Shown here piece after piece: positions 48,610 to 58,500 of a stretch of 64,000 nucleotides of DNA. The position numbers and the translations under genes are program-made. Each line of letters begins with the position of its first letter. The stretch's first letter is position 1. The notes under the pieces are model-generated. The model was not told where the DNA came from, did no database searches, and worked only from the letters and a program-made list of their open reading frames with translations. Origin of the DNA: Bacillota bacterium (lineage in GTDB: Bacteria > Bacillota_I > Bacilli_A > ML615J-28 > CAG-313). The DNA is taken from assembly GCA_963648435.1 (NCBI GenBank), contig CAVJDT010000001.1, forward strand, positions 28,524 through 92,523, read 5' to 3'.

Positions 48610-50326
48610 ATATTTGAAACCATATATTTTATTTGCAATCCTCGCTCCTGTAACGATGATTGGAGAAGTACTAATGGATTTATTCTTACCAACAACAATG
48701 TCAAAAATTGTTGACGTAGGACTTGGAGAAGGAAAAACAAGTGTAATTTTAACTTCAGGGTTACTAATGCTTGCATTTACGGTAGTTGGGGGAATTTGTG
48801 GATTTGCCTCAGCCGGTTTTGCTTCTGCCGCATCTCAAGGTTTCGCTGATGACCTTAGAAGGGATTGTTTTAAGAAAATAATGAATTTATCTTTTCAACA
48901 AACGGATCAATTTTCAACCGGTTCCCTTGTAACTAGAATCACTAATGATATTGATTTAGTAAGAAATCTAGTATCAATGTCTGTAAGAATGATTGTTCGT
49001 ACGCTTATTCAGTTTATTGGAGGGATTATCTTTTTGCTTTTAATAAGCCCTAGTTTTGGTTATATTTTATTAATTGCTTTTCCGGTTATTATTGCTATAA
49101 TTATTCTATTTATATGGAAAGTTTCCCCAATGTTTTTAAAAGTACAACTAAAATTAGATGATGTTAATAGTGTAGTTCAAGAAAATGTTGGTGGGGCAAG
49201 AGTTGTAAAAGCATATAACCGCGAAGAATATGAAAAAATGCGTTTTGATGATGCTAATACAAGTTTATGTATGACTAATTTAAAAGTCCAAAAGATTATG
49301 GCATATATTACTCCAGTTGTATCAATTGTTGTTTATGCGGCAGTCGTAATAGTTATTTATGTTGGCGGTAAAAATGTAATTTTAGGAAGTGGCTTAACAG
49401 TTGGTAATGTAATGTCTTCTATTACTTATATTAGTCAAATCTTAATGTCACTTATGATGTTTGGAATGATGTTTCAATCGATTACTAGAGCTAGTGCTAG
49501 TATTAAGCGAATCAATGAAATTTTAGAAGCCGCAACCGTAATTGATAATGGTACTAAAGAACTAGAAGATGTAAAAGGATATGTTAAATTTAATAATGTT
49601 ACTTTTAGATACCCAGAAACGAGTGGTGAACCTACATTAAAAAATATTAATATAACCGTAAAACCTGGTGAAACACTTGCAATTTTAGGGGCTACTGGAT
49701 CTGGTAAGAGTACAATGGTTAATTTGATTCCAAGATTTTACGATGTTAGTGAGGGTGAAATAGATTTAGATGGTATTAATATCAAAGAATTTACTCTCCA
49801 CAATTTACGTGAGAATATTGGGGTAGTTTTTCAAAAAACCGAACTATTTACAGGAACAATTGAAGAAAACATCAAATGGGGAAATGGTAATGCCACAAAA
49901 GAAGAAGTAATTGAAGCATGTAAAATAGTCCAAGCTGATGATTTTATTACAAGTTTTAAAGATGGTTATGATACAATTATTGGTGAAAAAGGATCATCAC
50001 TATCAGGAGGACAAAAACAACGACTCGCGATTGCAAGAGCAATTGTTAAAAAACCTAAAGTTTTAATTTTTGATGATGCAACTAGTGCCTTAGACTTAAA
50101 AACGGAAGCTCTTTTATATAAGGCTTTAAGAGAAAATCTTAAAGATACAACTATTTTTTTAGTTGCACAGCGGGTAGCAAGTGCAAAAGGGGCTACTAAA
50201 ATCATGGTTCTAGATGATGGTAAAATATCGGCTATAGGTACTAACGATCAATTATTAAAAACTTCTAAAATCTATCAAGATATCTATAACTCGCAATTAA
50301 AACAAGATGAGGTGGTGAAATTATGA
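48596..50326 (+). CDS. ABC exporter, fused permease/ATPase (heterodimeric multidrug-type), subunit 1
   Basis: 6-TM N-terminal domain plus NBD with GATGSGKST, LSGGQKQR and IFDDATSALD. Confidence 0.85.
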   Translation: MKIFKYLKPYILFAILAPVTMIGEVLMDLFLPTTMSKIVDVGLGEGKTSVILTSGLLMLAFTVVGGICGFASAGFASAASQGFADDLRRDCFKKIMNLSFQQTDQFSTGSLVTRITNDIDLVRNLVSMSVRMIVRTLIQFIGGIIFLLLISPSFGYILLIAFPVIIAIIILFIWKVSPMFLKVQLKLDDVNSVVQENVGGARVVKAYNREEYEKMRFDDANTSLCMTNLKVQKIMAYITPVVSIVVYAAVVIVIYVGGKNVILGSGLTVGNVMSSITYISQILMSLMMFGMMFQSITRASASIKRINEILEAATVIDNGTKELEDVKGYVKFNNVTFRYPETSGEPTLKNINITVKPGETLAILGATGSGKSTMVNLIPRFYDVSEGEIDLDGINIKEFTLHNLRENIGVVFQKTELFTGTIEENIKWGNGNATKEEVIEACKIVQADDFITSFKDGYDTIIGEKGSSLSGGQKQRLAIARAIVKKPKVLIFDDATSALDLKTEALLYKALRENLKDTTIFLVAQRVASAKGATKIMVLDDGKISAIGTNDQLLKTSKIYQDIYNSQLKQDEVVKL

Positions 50327-52491
50327 TTATATGGATTCTAATGATTGTACTTTGTGGATTATTACTTGGCGTAATCATAATAGGCTACATAGTAACTTGT
50401 AAAAAAGTGACCAAGAAAAAGTCAAATTGTCAAAAAGGAAATCTAAACAGACGTAAAATTCTAAGATACCAAGATACAATTATGGCGAAGGTAAGTTTTG
50501 ATAAGGAAGAAACAAATAAAGATGAATCAATAACCTTAAATGAATCAAAACCTCAAATTGTTTCTAATATACAAGAAAATAAACAACTAGAAGGTGCTAA
50601 ATTTAATAAAAAGCATCAACATAAAAAAGATGATGAAGAAGTAAAAATTGGAAAGTACGCTAATCTAAGTGAAAAGGAAATATTTAGTAAAGGCGGACAT
50701 GGACCTGGTAGAGGGCCTAGGGGGGCGTTACAATTTAAAGAAAAACCTAAAGACTTTAAAGGAGCAATAAAACGAATTTTTAAGTATTTAGGTACTAATA
50801 AAGTATATTTAATTATGCTTTTTATTGTTGTTATTATTTCAACATTAATAAGTTTACTTGGACCTATTTTACAAGGTGATGCCATTAATGCCATTAATCA
50901 AGGTAATATGGCTAAATTAACTAAAAAATTAGTTTTATTATTTAGTGTCTATGTTGGTATTGCCTTCATTGAATTAGGAAGTAATTTACTATCTGCACAC
51001 CTTTCACAAAACATGGTAAGAAAAATGCGTAAAGATACATTTGATAAATTAATTTATTTGCCGATTAGTTATTTTGACACGCATCAACATGGTGACATAA
51101 TGAGTAAAATTACTAATGATGTTGATAATATTTCAAATACTGTATCGCAGTCTTTAACATCATTAATATCAGGTGTAATTACAATTATCGGGGCGTTAGT
51201 CATAATGCTAGTTTATAGCCCATTATTAACTTTAATTTCACTTGCAACTCTTGGACTTACCCTTGTTTCTTCAAAAATGTTGTCAAAGAAAATGCGTAAA
51301 TTTTTTAGAATTCAGCGTTCATTAATTGGTGAAATTAATGCTCAAGTCGAAGAAATGGTTGTAGGTCATAAAACGGTTAAAGCATTTTGTAAAGAACAAG
51401 ATGTAGAAGATGAATTTAATGAAATTAGTAATGGTTTACGCAAATACGGATTTAAAGCAGAACTTTTTGGTGGTATCATGGGACCTATGATGAATGTTAT
51501 TAATAATCTTAGTTATCTTCTTATTGTTGCGTTTGGAGCATTATTTGTGACTAAGGGTATCAATAACCTTGAAGTTGGTGTAATTATTACATTTGCATCA
51601 CTTTCAAGACAGTTCTCACGACCTATTAATACGATTGCAAATCTTTATACACAAATTCAAACTAGTATTGCGGCGGCAGAAAGAGTATTTGAACTTCTTG
51701 ATACAGCCCCTGAAATTAATGAAGGAACAAAAACAATAAAAGATTTAGATGAAAAACAAATTATAGAATTTAAAGATGTCGATTTTGCTTATGTTCCAGG
51801 GGAATTGGTCCTTAAAAAATTTAATTTAACAGTAAAACCAGGTGAAAAAATTGCTCTTGTTGGAGCAACAGGCTCAGGTAAAACCACTATTGTTAATCTT
51901 TTAATGAGATTTTACGATGTAACAAGTGGGGAAATCACCATTGGTGGTGTAAACATTAATGATATTGAAAAACATGAATTAAGAAGTTTAATTGCTATTG
52001 TGCTTCAGGATACTGTGTTATTTAAAGATACTATTTTAAATAATATCAAATATGGTAGACTTGATGCCACAAAAGAAGAAGTTGTTGCGGCATCAAAATT
52101 AAGTAATTCTAATTACTTTATTGATAGATTATCTAACGAGTATGATACTGTTTTAACGGAGTCTGGTAGTAACTTAAGTGGGGGACAGCGTCAGCTTCTT
52201 TCAATCGCAAGAGCTGTTCTTGCAAATCCTAAAATCTTAATTTTAGATGAAGCTACCTCAAGTGTTGACACCCGTACGGAGAAAAATATTCAAGACGGAT
52301 TAGTAGCATTAATGAAGAATAGAACAAGCTTAATTATTGCCCATAGACTATCAACCATTAGAGATGCTGATAAGATTGTAGTAATTGATCATGGAAGAAT
52401 CGTTGAGATGGGAAATCATGATGAATTAATCAAAAATGAAGGTGTTTACTTTAAACTTTACCAAACTCAGTTTGCTGGTAATGCAATTTAG
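50323..52491 (+). CDS. ABC exporter, fused permease/ATPase, subunit 2, with about 150-aa N-terminal extension
   Basis: Extra N-terminal TM plus charged low-complexity linker (..GGHGPGRGPRGALQFKEKPKDF..), then a canonical TMD and NBD (GATGSGKTT, LSGGQRQ, ILDEATSSVD). Confidence 0.8.
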   Translation: MIIWILMIVLCGLLLGVIIIGYIVTCKKVTKKKSNCQKGNLNRRKILRYQDTIMAKVSFDKEETNKDESITLNESKPQIVSNIQENKQLEGAKFNKKHQHKKDDEEVKIGKYANLSEKEIFSKGGHGPGRGPRGALQFKEKPKDFKGAIKRIFKYLGTNKVYLIMLFIVVIISTLISLLGPILQGDAINAINQGNMAKLTKKLVLLFSVYVGIAFIELGSNLLSAHLSQNMVRKMRKDTFDKLIYLPISYFDTHQHGDIMSKITNDVDNISNTVSQSLTSLISGVITIIGALVIMLVYSPLLTLISLATLGLTLVSSKMLSKKMRKFFRIQRSLIGEINAQVEEMVVGHKTVKAFCKEQDVEDEFNEISNGLRKYGFKAELFGGIMGPMMNVINNLSYLLIVAFGALFVTKGINNLEVGVIITFASLSRQFSRPINTIANLYTQIQTSIAAAERVFELLDTAPEINEGTKTIKDLDEKQIIEFKDVDFAYVPGELVLKKFNLTVKPGEKIALVGATGSGKTTIVNLLMRFYDVTSGEITIGGVNINDIEKHELRSLIAIVLQDTVLFKDTILNNIKYGRLDATKEEVVAASKLSNSNYFIDRLSNEYDTVLTESGSNLSGGQRQLLSIARAVLANPKILILDEATSSVDTRTEKNIQDGLVALMKNRTSLIIAHRLSTIRDADKIVVIDHGRIVEMGNHDELIKNEGVYFKLYQTQFAGNAI

Positions 52492-52526
52492 TAGGAAATA
52501 TTCTATTAGCTAAATCAAATGAAGAA

Positions 52527-52560
52527 GAAGGAAAAAGCAGTATATTTCCTTCTTTTTGCC
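52527..52560 (+). terminator. Rho-independent terminator
   Basis: gaaggaaa...tttccttc followed by T5. Confidence 0.6.
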
Positions 52561-52801
52561 CGTTTACCCCCCCTAAAAACCCTATCTCAGAGCGTTTGAA
52601 AAAAAATAATTAAGATAATTGCATATCTTAAAATTCATCTTCTCTAGAAAGAGTTAAAGGTGCTAAAATATGCCTAATTTATCTAAAAATCAATTGTTTC
52701 AATGCTTAAACAAAAATGATTAAAAAATTCGGTTTAAGTGACAAAATGAAGATAATTTGCTATAATATATGAAAGAAAATAAAGAAAAAGAAGGTAATAA
52801 A

Positions 52802-54028
52802 ATGGCTAAACAAACTAAAACCAAAATAAGAAAACCAAATATTTTTGCATGGATATTTTATACTTTTTGTTCCCGTGTTTTTTTGTTTTTTAAACATCAT
52901 ATCAAATATGATCGTAAAGCATTTAAAAAACGTAATAAAAAAGAAGGTTGCATTGTAATTTATAATCATGATTCAAATTTTGATCACTACATAACAACGG
53001 CCTCATTTAAATATACAAGAACACATTATGTTATTACTAAACATTTTTATTTTAGTAAAAAACTACGTAAAATTCTAGATATTGTTGCGGCAGTACCACG
53101 TGAACAGTTTAAATCAGATATTACATCAATCAAAACAATTAAAAAAATAATAGATAGTGGTGGTATTATTACGATTGCACCAGCTGGTCAAATTGCGGTA
53201 AACGGAGAAATGCCATATATTGATAAAGCAATAGTTAAATTGCTTAAATTTTGTAAAGTTGATGTTTATGCACTTCAAATGCATGGTAATTACCTTGCCT
53301 ATCCAAAGTGGTATCAAGTAAAAAGAAAATATCCAATCCATACTAATTTTCTAAAAGTAATGTCAAAAGATGAATTAAAGACATTAAGTGATGATGAAAT
53401 ATACGAAAAAGTTATTAATTGCCTTAATTTTCATGATTTGACTGAACAAAAAGCAAATCCTAAAGTCATTAAGAGTAAAGATTTAATTAAAGGTCTAGAT
53501 AATATCCTTTATTACTGTCCTAAATGTAAATCCAAATATACACTAAATGCTGAAAATAATAGACTAGTATGTAGTAAATGTCATAATACTGTAAGAATGG
53601 ATGAATATGGCTTTATGCATCCCGTTGGTGATGACTGTGTAATGTTCGAAAATGAAGCAGAATGGTACAAATATCAAAAAGAATTACTTAAAAAAGAAAT
53701 TAAAGAAAATAGATTACATATCGAAGGCGAGTTCTTATTAAAGAGAAATATAAATGATGAATGGACCTTAGAGGATGTTGGTACTGGAAAGTTAGTGCTT
53801 ACTAATAATAGTTTTTATTATGATGGAACTATTTTAGATAAACATGTTCTTAAAAAGTTTAATCTAGAACAACTTATCCAAATTCCATTTGATGTTGCGG
53901 TGCGACTTACCGTACCAGATGATGAAGGAACTTTCCAATTTAGACCTTTGAATAATCCAAAACAAATAATGGAATACGTTCAAGCTATTGATGCCATGCG
54001 CGAATTAAGACAAGAAGAGACTAAATAG
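52802..54028 (+). CDS. Lysophospholipid (PlsC-family) acyltransferase with C-terminal Zn-ribbon-containing extension
   Basis: HX4D motif NHDSNFDH; CPKC...CSKC pair; promoter GTGACA-17-TATAAT at about 52735-52763. The track ORF starts at 52769, but an RBS favours 52802. Confidence 0.65.
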   Translation: MAKQTKTKIRKPNIFAWIFYTFCSRVFLFFKHHIKYDRKAFKKRNKKEGCIVIYNHDSNFDHYITTASFKYTRTHYVITKHFYFSKKLRKILDIVAAVPREQFKSDITSIKTIKKIIDSGGIITIAPAGQIAVNGEMPYIDKAIVKLLKFCKVDVYALQMHGNYLAYPKWYQVKRKYPIHTNFLKVMSKDELKTLSDDEIYEKVINCLNFHDLTEQKANPKVIKSKDLIKGLDNILYYCPKCKSKYTLNAENNRLVCSKCHNTVRMDEYGFMHPVGDDCVMFENEAEWYKYQKELLKKEIKENRLHIEGEFLLKRNINDEWTLEDVGTGKLVLTNNSFYYDGTILDKHVLKKFNLEQLIQIPFDVAVRLTVPDDEGTFQFRPLNNPKQIMEYVQAIDAMRELRQEETK

Positions 54029-54036
54029 GTAAGTTT

Positions 54037-55374
54037 ATGGCATTATACAAGAGTGTTAAACCAACATATTATGATGAATCACTAAAAGCAGTAGTAAAAC
54101 TACCTAAAACTAAATTAACACTTTCAGGTGCAATCGTTGGTGAACTACTAAATGTTGAAACAGTAGGATCATATGAAAAAGAAAAAGTTCAAAAGATACA
54201 AATAATCGAAAAATCACCATTTAGAGTAAAACCAGTTTGTAAAGTTTACGACAAATGTGGTGGTTGCGTGCTTCAACACATCAAATATGAAGAACAACTA
54301 AACATTAAAACGAAAGCCATTCAAACTTTATTTGATCAAAAGTTAAACAATAAGGTTGTGGTTAAACCAACAATAGGAATGACTAAACCTTATAACTACC
54401 GAAATAAAAGCCAAGTAGTATTTAAGTACGACCATGGAAAAATGTTAAGTGGCTTTTATGAAGAAAAAACTCACAATGTCATTGACTATCAAGATTGTGC
54501 CTTACAAGATGTAGAATGTAATAAAATTTTGGCAACTATCAAAGAAATGATGATTAAAATGCGGATTAGCGCATATGACGAAGACAAAAAAACCGGAATT
54601 ATGCGTCATGTCCTAATTAAAACCTCAAATACCACAAAGGAAGCTTTAGTGGTGCTTGTTACAGGAACTGAGAATTTTCCTGGTCGTAATAACTTTGTTA
54701 AAACTATTACCTCAAGACATCCTAATATAAAAACTATTATTCAAAATATCAATAACCGTAAAACAAGTGCGGTTATGGGAGAAAAAGAAATAATTCTTTT
54801 TGGTAAAGGTTATATCACCGATGAATTACTAGGATATAAATTTAAGATTACTTCTAAATCTTTTTATCAAATTAATTATGAACAAACCAAAGTACTATAT
54901 CAAAAAGCAATTGACCTTGCGAAAATAACTGAAAATGATATTTTACTTGATGCATATTGTGGGGTTGGAACTATTGGTATTATTGCCTCAAGCAAAGCCA
55001 AAAAAGTAATAGGGGTAGAACTAGTAAAAGATGCTGTTGATAATGCAATTTATAACGCCAAACTCAACAATATAAAAAACATTAGTTTCTTCTGCCAAGA
55101 TGCAACTCAGTTTATCATCAATATGGCCAGAAAAAAAGAGCAACTAGATGTATTGATTATGGACCCACCTAGAAGTGGCTCAACAAAAGAATTCTTAAGT
55201 GCCGTCTTAAAACTTGCTCCAAAACGCATAGTCTATGTTTCTTGTAATCCTTATACCCAAGTAGAAGACCTTAAAACCCTACTTAATGATTATATGATTA
55301 TGACGATTCAACCAGTTGATATGTTTCCTCAAACTTCACATGTTGAGACTGTTGTTTTCTTACGCAAGAAATGA
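54037..55374 (+). CDS. rlmD: 23S rRNA (uracil-5-)-methyltransferase RlmD/RumA family (TRAM plus 4Fe-4S plus SAM MTase)
   Basis: Cys cluster CKVYDKCGGCVLQH, SAM motif DAYCGVGTIG, C-terminal DMFPQTSHVE. The last 46 nt overlap the recombinase gene. Confidence 0.8.
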   Translation: MALYKSVKPTYYDESLKAVVKLPKTKLTLSGAIVGELLNVETVGSYEKEKVQKIQIIEKSPFRVKPVCKVYDKCGGCVLQHIKYEEQLNIKTKAIQTLFDQKLNNKVVVKPTIGMTKPYNYRNKSQVVFKYDHGKMLSGFYEEKTHNVIDYQDCALQDVECNKILATIKEMMIKMRISAYDEDKKTGIMRHVLIKTSNTTKEALVVLVTGTENFPGRNNFVKTITSRHPNIKTIIQNINNRKTSAVMGEKEIILFGKGYITDELLGYKFKITSKSFYQINYEQTKVLYQKAIDLAKITENDILLDAYCGVGTIGIIASSKAKKVIGVELVKDAVDNAIYNAKLNNIKNISFFCQDATQFIINMARKKEQLDVLIMDPPRSGSTKEFLSAVLKLAPKRIVYVSCNPYTQVEDLKTLLNDYMIMTIQPVDMFPQTSHVETVVFLRKK

Positions 55375-56921
55375 TTCTCATAATAAAATTCTGATTTTTT
55401 ATCACTGTCAGAAATATTTATTGGGAATTTAAAATAAATAACAATTTTTGAATTATCAATTATGATGCTATCAACGAATGTAGATAGTGTCATTTTTTTA
55501 TACTCATCCGTGTCTGCTTTCCATGAATTGCAGAAATTAGAAATGGAACTTTTTATGAAATCAAAATTCAATAAGTTAAGATCAATTTTTGGTAAAGTTT
55601 TAATTTGCTCTTCATAAAAATTTAGCTGATTCATAAGCTCATTTTTTCTTTTTATATAATCATCTTTTTCTATAGCAGAGTCAAGGTATAAGTCCAATAA
55701 TTTATCCATTTGTTTATTTACTTTATCAATTTCATTTTTATACTTATTGATATCATTTTTTTTGTTAAGTTTTTCAACGATTCGTTCTTTTATTTTTTCT
55801 GTAATAATTTTAAGGTTTGCATCATTAAAAATTATAGATTCAATTGCTTTAAATATAAAGGCTTCTAGTTCATCTTTCCGAATATTATGAAATTTACACC
55901 CAGGTTTAATGCCTGTTAAAACTGAATCACGCTTAGCTTTACGTGCACACCGGTAGAAAAATGCACTATAAGTCTTTTCAACACCATTGACCGTTTTGTA
56001 ATTTTTGTGAGAACAAAAGCCTGTTAGTGGAGCTTCACAATGGCCACAATATGCATAACCAGTTAATAAATAATCAATTCCTGAATTTCTAGACCTTGCT
56101 CGCTTTTCTTTAGCAATTGCATTAGAGTTTGCATATAATTGATTTACTTTATCCCATTGAATTGATGAAACAATTGCTTCAATAGCATTATCGACTTTTA
56201 TTATTTCTGCACTTTCCCGCCTACTTTTTTTCCCGTAAACAAATGTTCCTTTATATAACTCATTGGTTAAAATTCTAGTGATATATTCAGGACCAAATCT
56301 ATTTCCGTTTCGATTTTTATAACCTAAATTATTAATGGATCTTGCTATTGCAGCATGACTATACCCCAATTCAGCCATGCTAAATACTTTTCTAATAATT
56401 TCTGCTTCTTCAGGAACAATAATATAATGCATATTTTTGTCAACAGTAAAACCAAATGGTGGAATGCCACCATTGTGTTGACACTTGAGGGCTGCTTCCT
56501 TTTTTCCTTTTAGAACTTCCCGTCCAAGATTCTTTGAATAATAATCACTCATACCCTCGTATAGTGATTCCAAAATAACACTTTCGGGGCTGTCATCCAA
56601 TGGCTCTAAGATAGAAATTAATTTAATATTTAAGTCCCTAAGTTTCTTTTTGTAAAAGACTGAATCGTATTTATTTCTTGCGAATCTATCAAATTTATGT
56701 ACTATTACAGCTTTAAATTGTTTACTTGAAGCGTCGAATATCATTTGTTGGAAGCTTTCTCTGTTATCGTTAGTTCCAGAACGAGCTTCATCTATGTAAA
56801 ATTTAATTAAATTATAATTTTCTCTTTCACAAAATTCCCTAATCGCCCTTTGTTGAGCTTCGATGGAATAACCATCTCGTTGACCTTCCGAAGAAAATCT
56901 GCAATAACCTACTACATTCAT
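55329..56921 (-). CDS. Large serine recombinase (integrase) of an integrated element
   Basis: N-terminal resolvase catalytic domain (GYCRFSSEGQ), recombinase domain, Zn-ribbon (CGHCEAP...C) and a coiled-coil C-terminus; 530 aa. Confidence 0.85.
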   Translation of the reverse strand: MNVVGYCRFSSEGQRDGYSIEAQQRAIREFCERENYNLIKFYIDEARSGTNDNRESFQQMIFDASSKQFKAVIVHKFDRFARNKYDSVFYKKKLRDLNIKLISILEPLDDSPESVILESLYEGMSDYYSKNLGREVLKGKKEAALKCQHNGGIPPFGFTVDKNMHYIIVPEEAEIIRKVFSMAELGYSHAAIARSINNLGYKNRNGNRFGPEYITRILTNELYKGTFVYGKKSRRESAEIIKVDNAIEAIVSSIQWDKVNQLYANSNAIAKEKRARSRNSGIDYLLTGYAYCGHCEAPLTGFCSHKNYKTVNGVEKTYSAFFYRCARKAKRDSVLTGIKPGCKFHNIRKDELEAFIFKAIESIIFNDANLKIITEKIKERIVEKLNKKNDINKYKNEIDKVNKQMDKLLDLYLDSAIEKDDYIKRKNELMNQLNFYEEQIKTLPKIDLNLLNFDFIKSSISNFCNSWKADTDEYKKMTLSTFVDSIIIDNSKIVIYFKFPINISDSDKKSEFYYENHFLRKKTTVSTCEV

Positions 56922-57364
56922 TATTTACCTCCTTGAGATTTTAAAAAATTTATATATGAAGTAATTTGCTCTAGTGTTTTTTCATCAACACCATTTATTA
57001 ATGATACGATTTCACTAATAACAGCTAATTCATTTATATTTAATGATTTTAGTTTTTCTTGAATTTGATTGATAGTGCAATTTTTATTATCGTCTTCGAT
57101 ATCAGTGTTACTTTTTTCTATCGCCTGTTTTTTCATAGGCACATCATAGCCCATCAGCCATGCTTCCGATACGTTTAGAGCATAAGAAAGTAAAGTAAGT
57201 TTATCTTGTTTTGGAAGAAATTTACCAGATACATATTGACTTAAATCGCTTTTATTCAATTTTAGTCCATAAGGATTATTTTTACACATATTGATTATAT
57301 CGACTTGTCTTATGCCTTGTAATCTCATTATTTCCTTTAAACGTTCTGATGTATTTTTTTTCAT
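56921..57364 (-). CDS. XRE-family HTH repressor (CI-like), translationally coupled to the recombinase gene
   Basis: HTH in the N-terminus (LKEIMRLQGIRQVDIINMC); its stop overlaps the recombinase start. Confidence 0.7.
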   Translation of the reverse strand: MKKNTSERLKEIMRLQGIRQVDIINMCKNNPYGLKLNKSDLSQYVSGKFLPKQDKLTLLSYALNVSEAWLMGYDVPMKKQAIEKSNTDIEDDNKNCTINQIQEKLKSLNINELAVISEIVSLINGVDEKTLEQITSYINFLKSQGGK

Positions 57365-57539
57365 AATTGACTCCTTTCCAAAATTTTTACATGTTATTAT
57401 ACTATTTTTTTAAAAAAAGTTCAATAAAAAAGAACTAAAAAATAATAAACGTTCAACTTATTGAACAAATCTTTTGACAGCAAATTGTCAAAGTAGTATA
57501 ATATTGGTGGTTCAATAAATTGAACTTATAGGAGGAACA
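57365..57539. promoter_or_regulatory. Divergent promoter/operator region (genetic switch): three GTTCAAnnnnnTGAAC operators plus TTGACAgcaaatTGTCAA palindrome
   Basis: Operators at about 57419-57435, 57451-57466 and 57510-57525. Rightward TTGACA-17-TATAAT at 57474-57502. Leftward TTGAAC-17-TATAAT overlaps the left operator. Confidence 0.7.
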
Positions 57540-57776
57540 ATGAAGTACGATTATTCAAAATTAAAAGGAAAAATTATTGAGGTGTGCACCACACAAAAAA
57601 AATTTGCATCTTTGATGCATATTTCAGAACGAACGGTATCTTTGAAACTAAATAATAAGCGTTCATTTACTCAACCTGAAATTGATAGAGCGATTAAAAT
57701 ACTTAAGTTACCTAGTGATCAGATAGATGAATATTTTTTTAACAAGGAAGTTCAATTTATTGAACTTAACGCATAA
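57540..57776 (+). CDS. XRE-family HTH protein (Cro-like)
   Basis: 78 aa, HTH KKFASLMHISERTVSLKLNNKR. Confidence 0.65.
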   Translation: MKYDYSKLKGKIIEVCTTQKKFASLMHISERTVSLKLNNKRSFTQPEIDRAIKILKLPSDQIDEYFFNKEVQFIELNA

Positions 57777-57919
57777 AATGGAATATAATTTTATCGATTA
57801 TTTAATTGAAAATGCAATATTGCCTTCTTTAATTGAGGCTTCTTCTAATAAAAAAAATGAAGAAGAAAATGAGGGGGAAGCATTTATAGATAAGGAAAAA
57901 TAAAAGAAAGGAATTATTT

Positions 57920-58120
57920 ATGGAAAAAAGAGAATTAACTGAAGAATTATTAGAAAACAGTCCAGAGGTTAAAGAAATGGAAAATGAAGCAGCTAAATTA
58001 CAGAAATCCTTTTATGACAAGTACAAAAGTGTTGTTGATTATGAAGACTTAGAAGAATTAGTGACAAATGTAATGCTTGTTGGATTAGAAACAGGATTCA
58101 AAATAAAAAATGCAGCATAA
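57920..58120 (+). CDS. Small acidic hypothetical protein
   Basis: 66-aa ORF with RBS aaaggaattatttatg, followed by a terminator. Confidence 0.4.
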   Translation: MEKRELTEELLENSPEVKEMENEAAKLQKSFYDKYKSVVDYEDLEELVTNVMLVGLETGFKIKNAA

Positions 58121-58147
58121 GAGAGGCGCTCATGTAGTGCCTTTTTT
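58121..58147 (+). terminator. Rho-independent terminator
   Basis: aggcgct-catgt-agtgcct followed by T7. Confidence 0.6.
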
Positions 58148-58500
58148 TAGTGGACAAAAAACGTGTCCACCTCACGTCCACGCTATACGCAGAAAACCAT
58201 GTGGACGCAAATAAAACATAGTGATAATAAATGATTCAGTAACCAAAAGAAAAACCCCAAGCCACAAGGACTCAGGGCTCCTTCCACGTACTCTCGAAGA
58301 GTACAGAAGGCAAAGGGAGAGGAGAAACCGGAGGAAGAACTTATCCTGAAAGGTGAAAGGCAGAAACCCAGCAATATCAACGTTCACACGCTCACAGTAG
58401 GGTGTGGACACGAATATGTCCACCATATGTCCACCGTCTTATTTTTGTCCACCAATTGCACGCTCGAATATGTCCACCGAACGCTCGGCCATTTCGTCAG
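58148..58500. repeat. Cluster of at least 7 copies of the heptamer TGTCCAC / GTGGACA in both orientations (candidate integrase arm-type sites / att region), GC-rich
   Basis: tggacaaaaaacgtgtccacc, catgtggacgc, ggtgtggacac, atatgtccaccatatgtccacc, ttgtccaccaa and aatatgtccaccg, all within and just downstream of the 3' end of the tyrosine integrase gene. Confidence 0.6.

Noticed and set aside
52560-52600. C-rich patch tttaccccccctaaaaaccc as a possible phase-variable homopolymer or foreign fragment
   Set aside because: It is short, intergenic, about 170 nt upstream of the acyltransferase promoter, and not adjacent to a start codon or -10/-35 spacer. There is no evidence of function.
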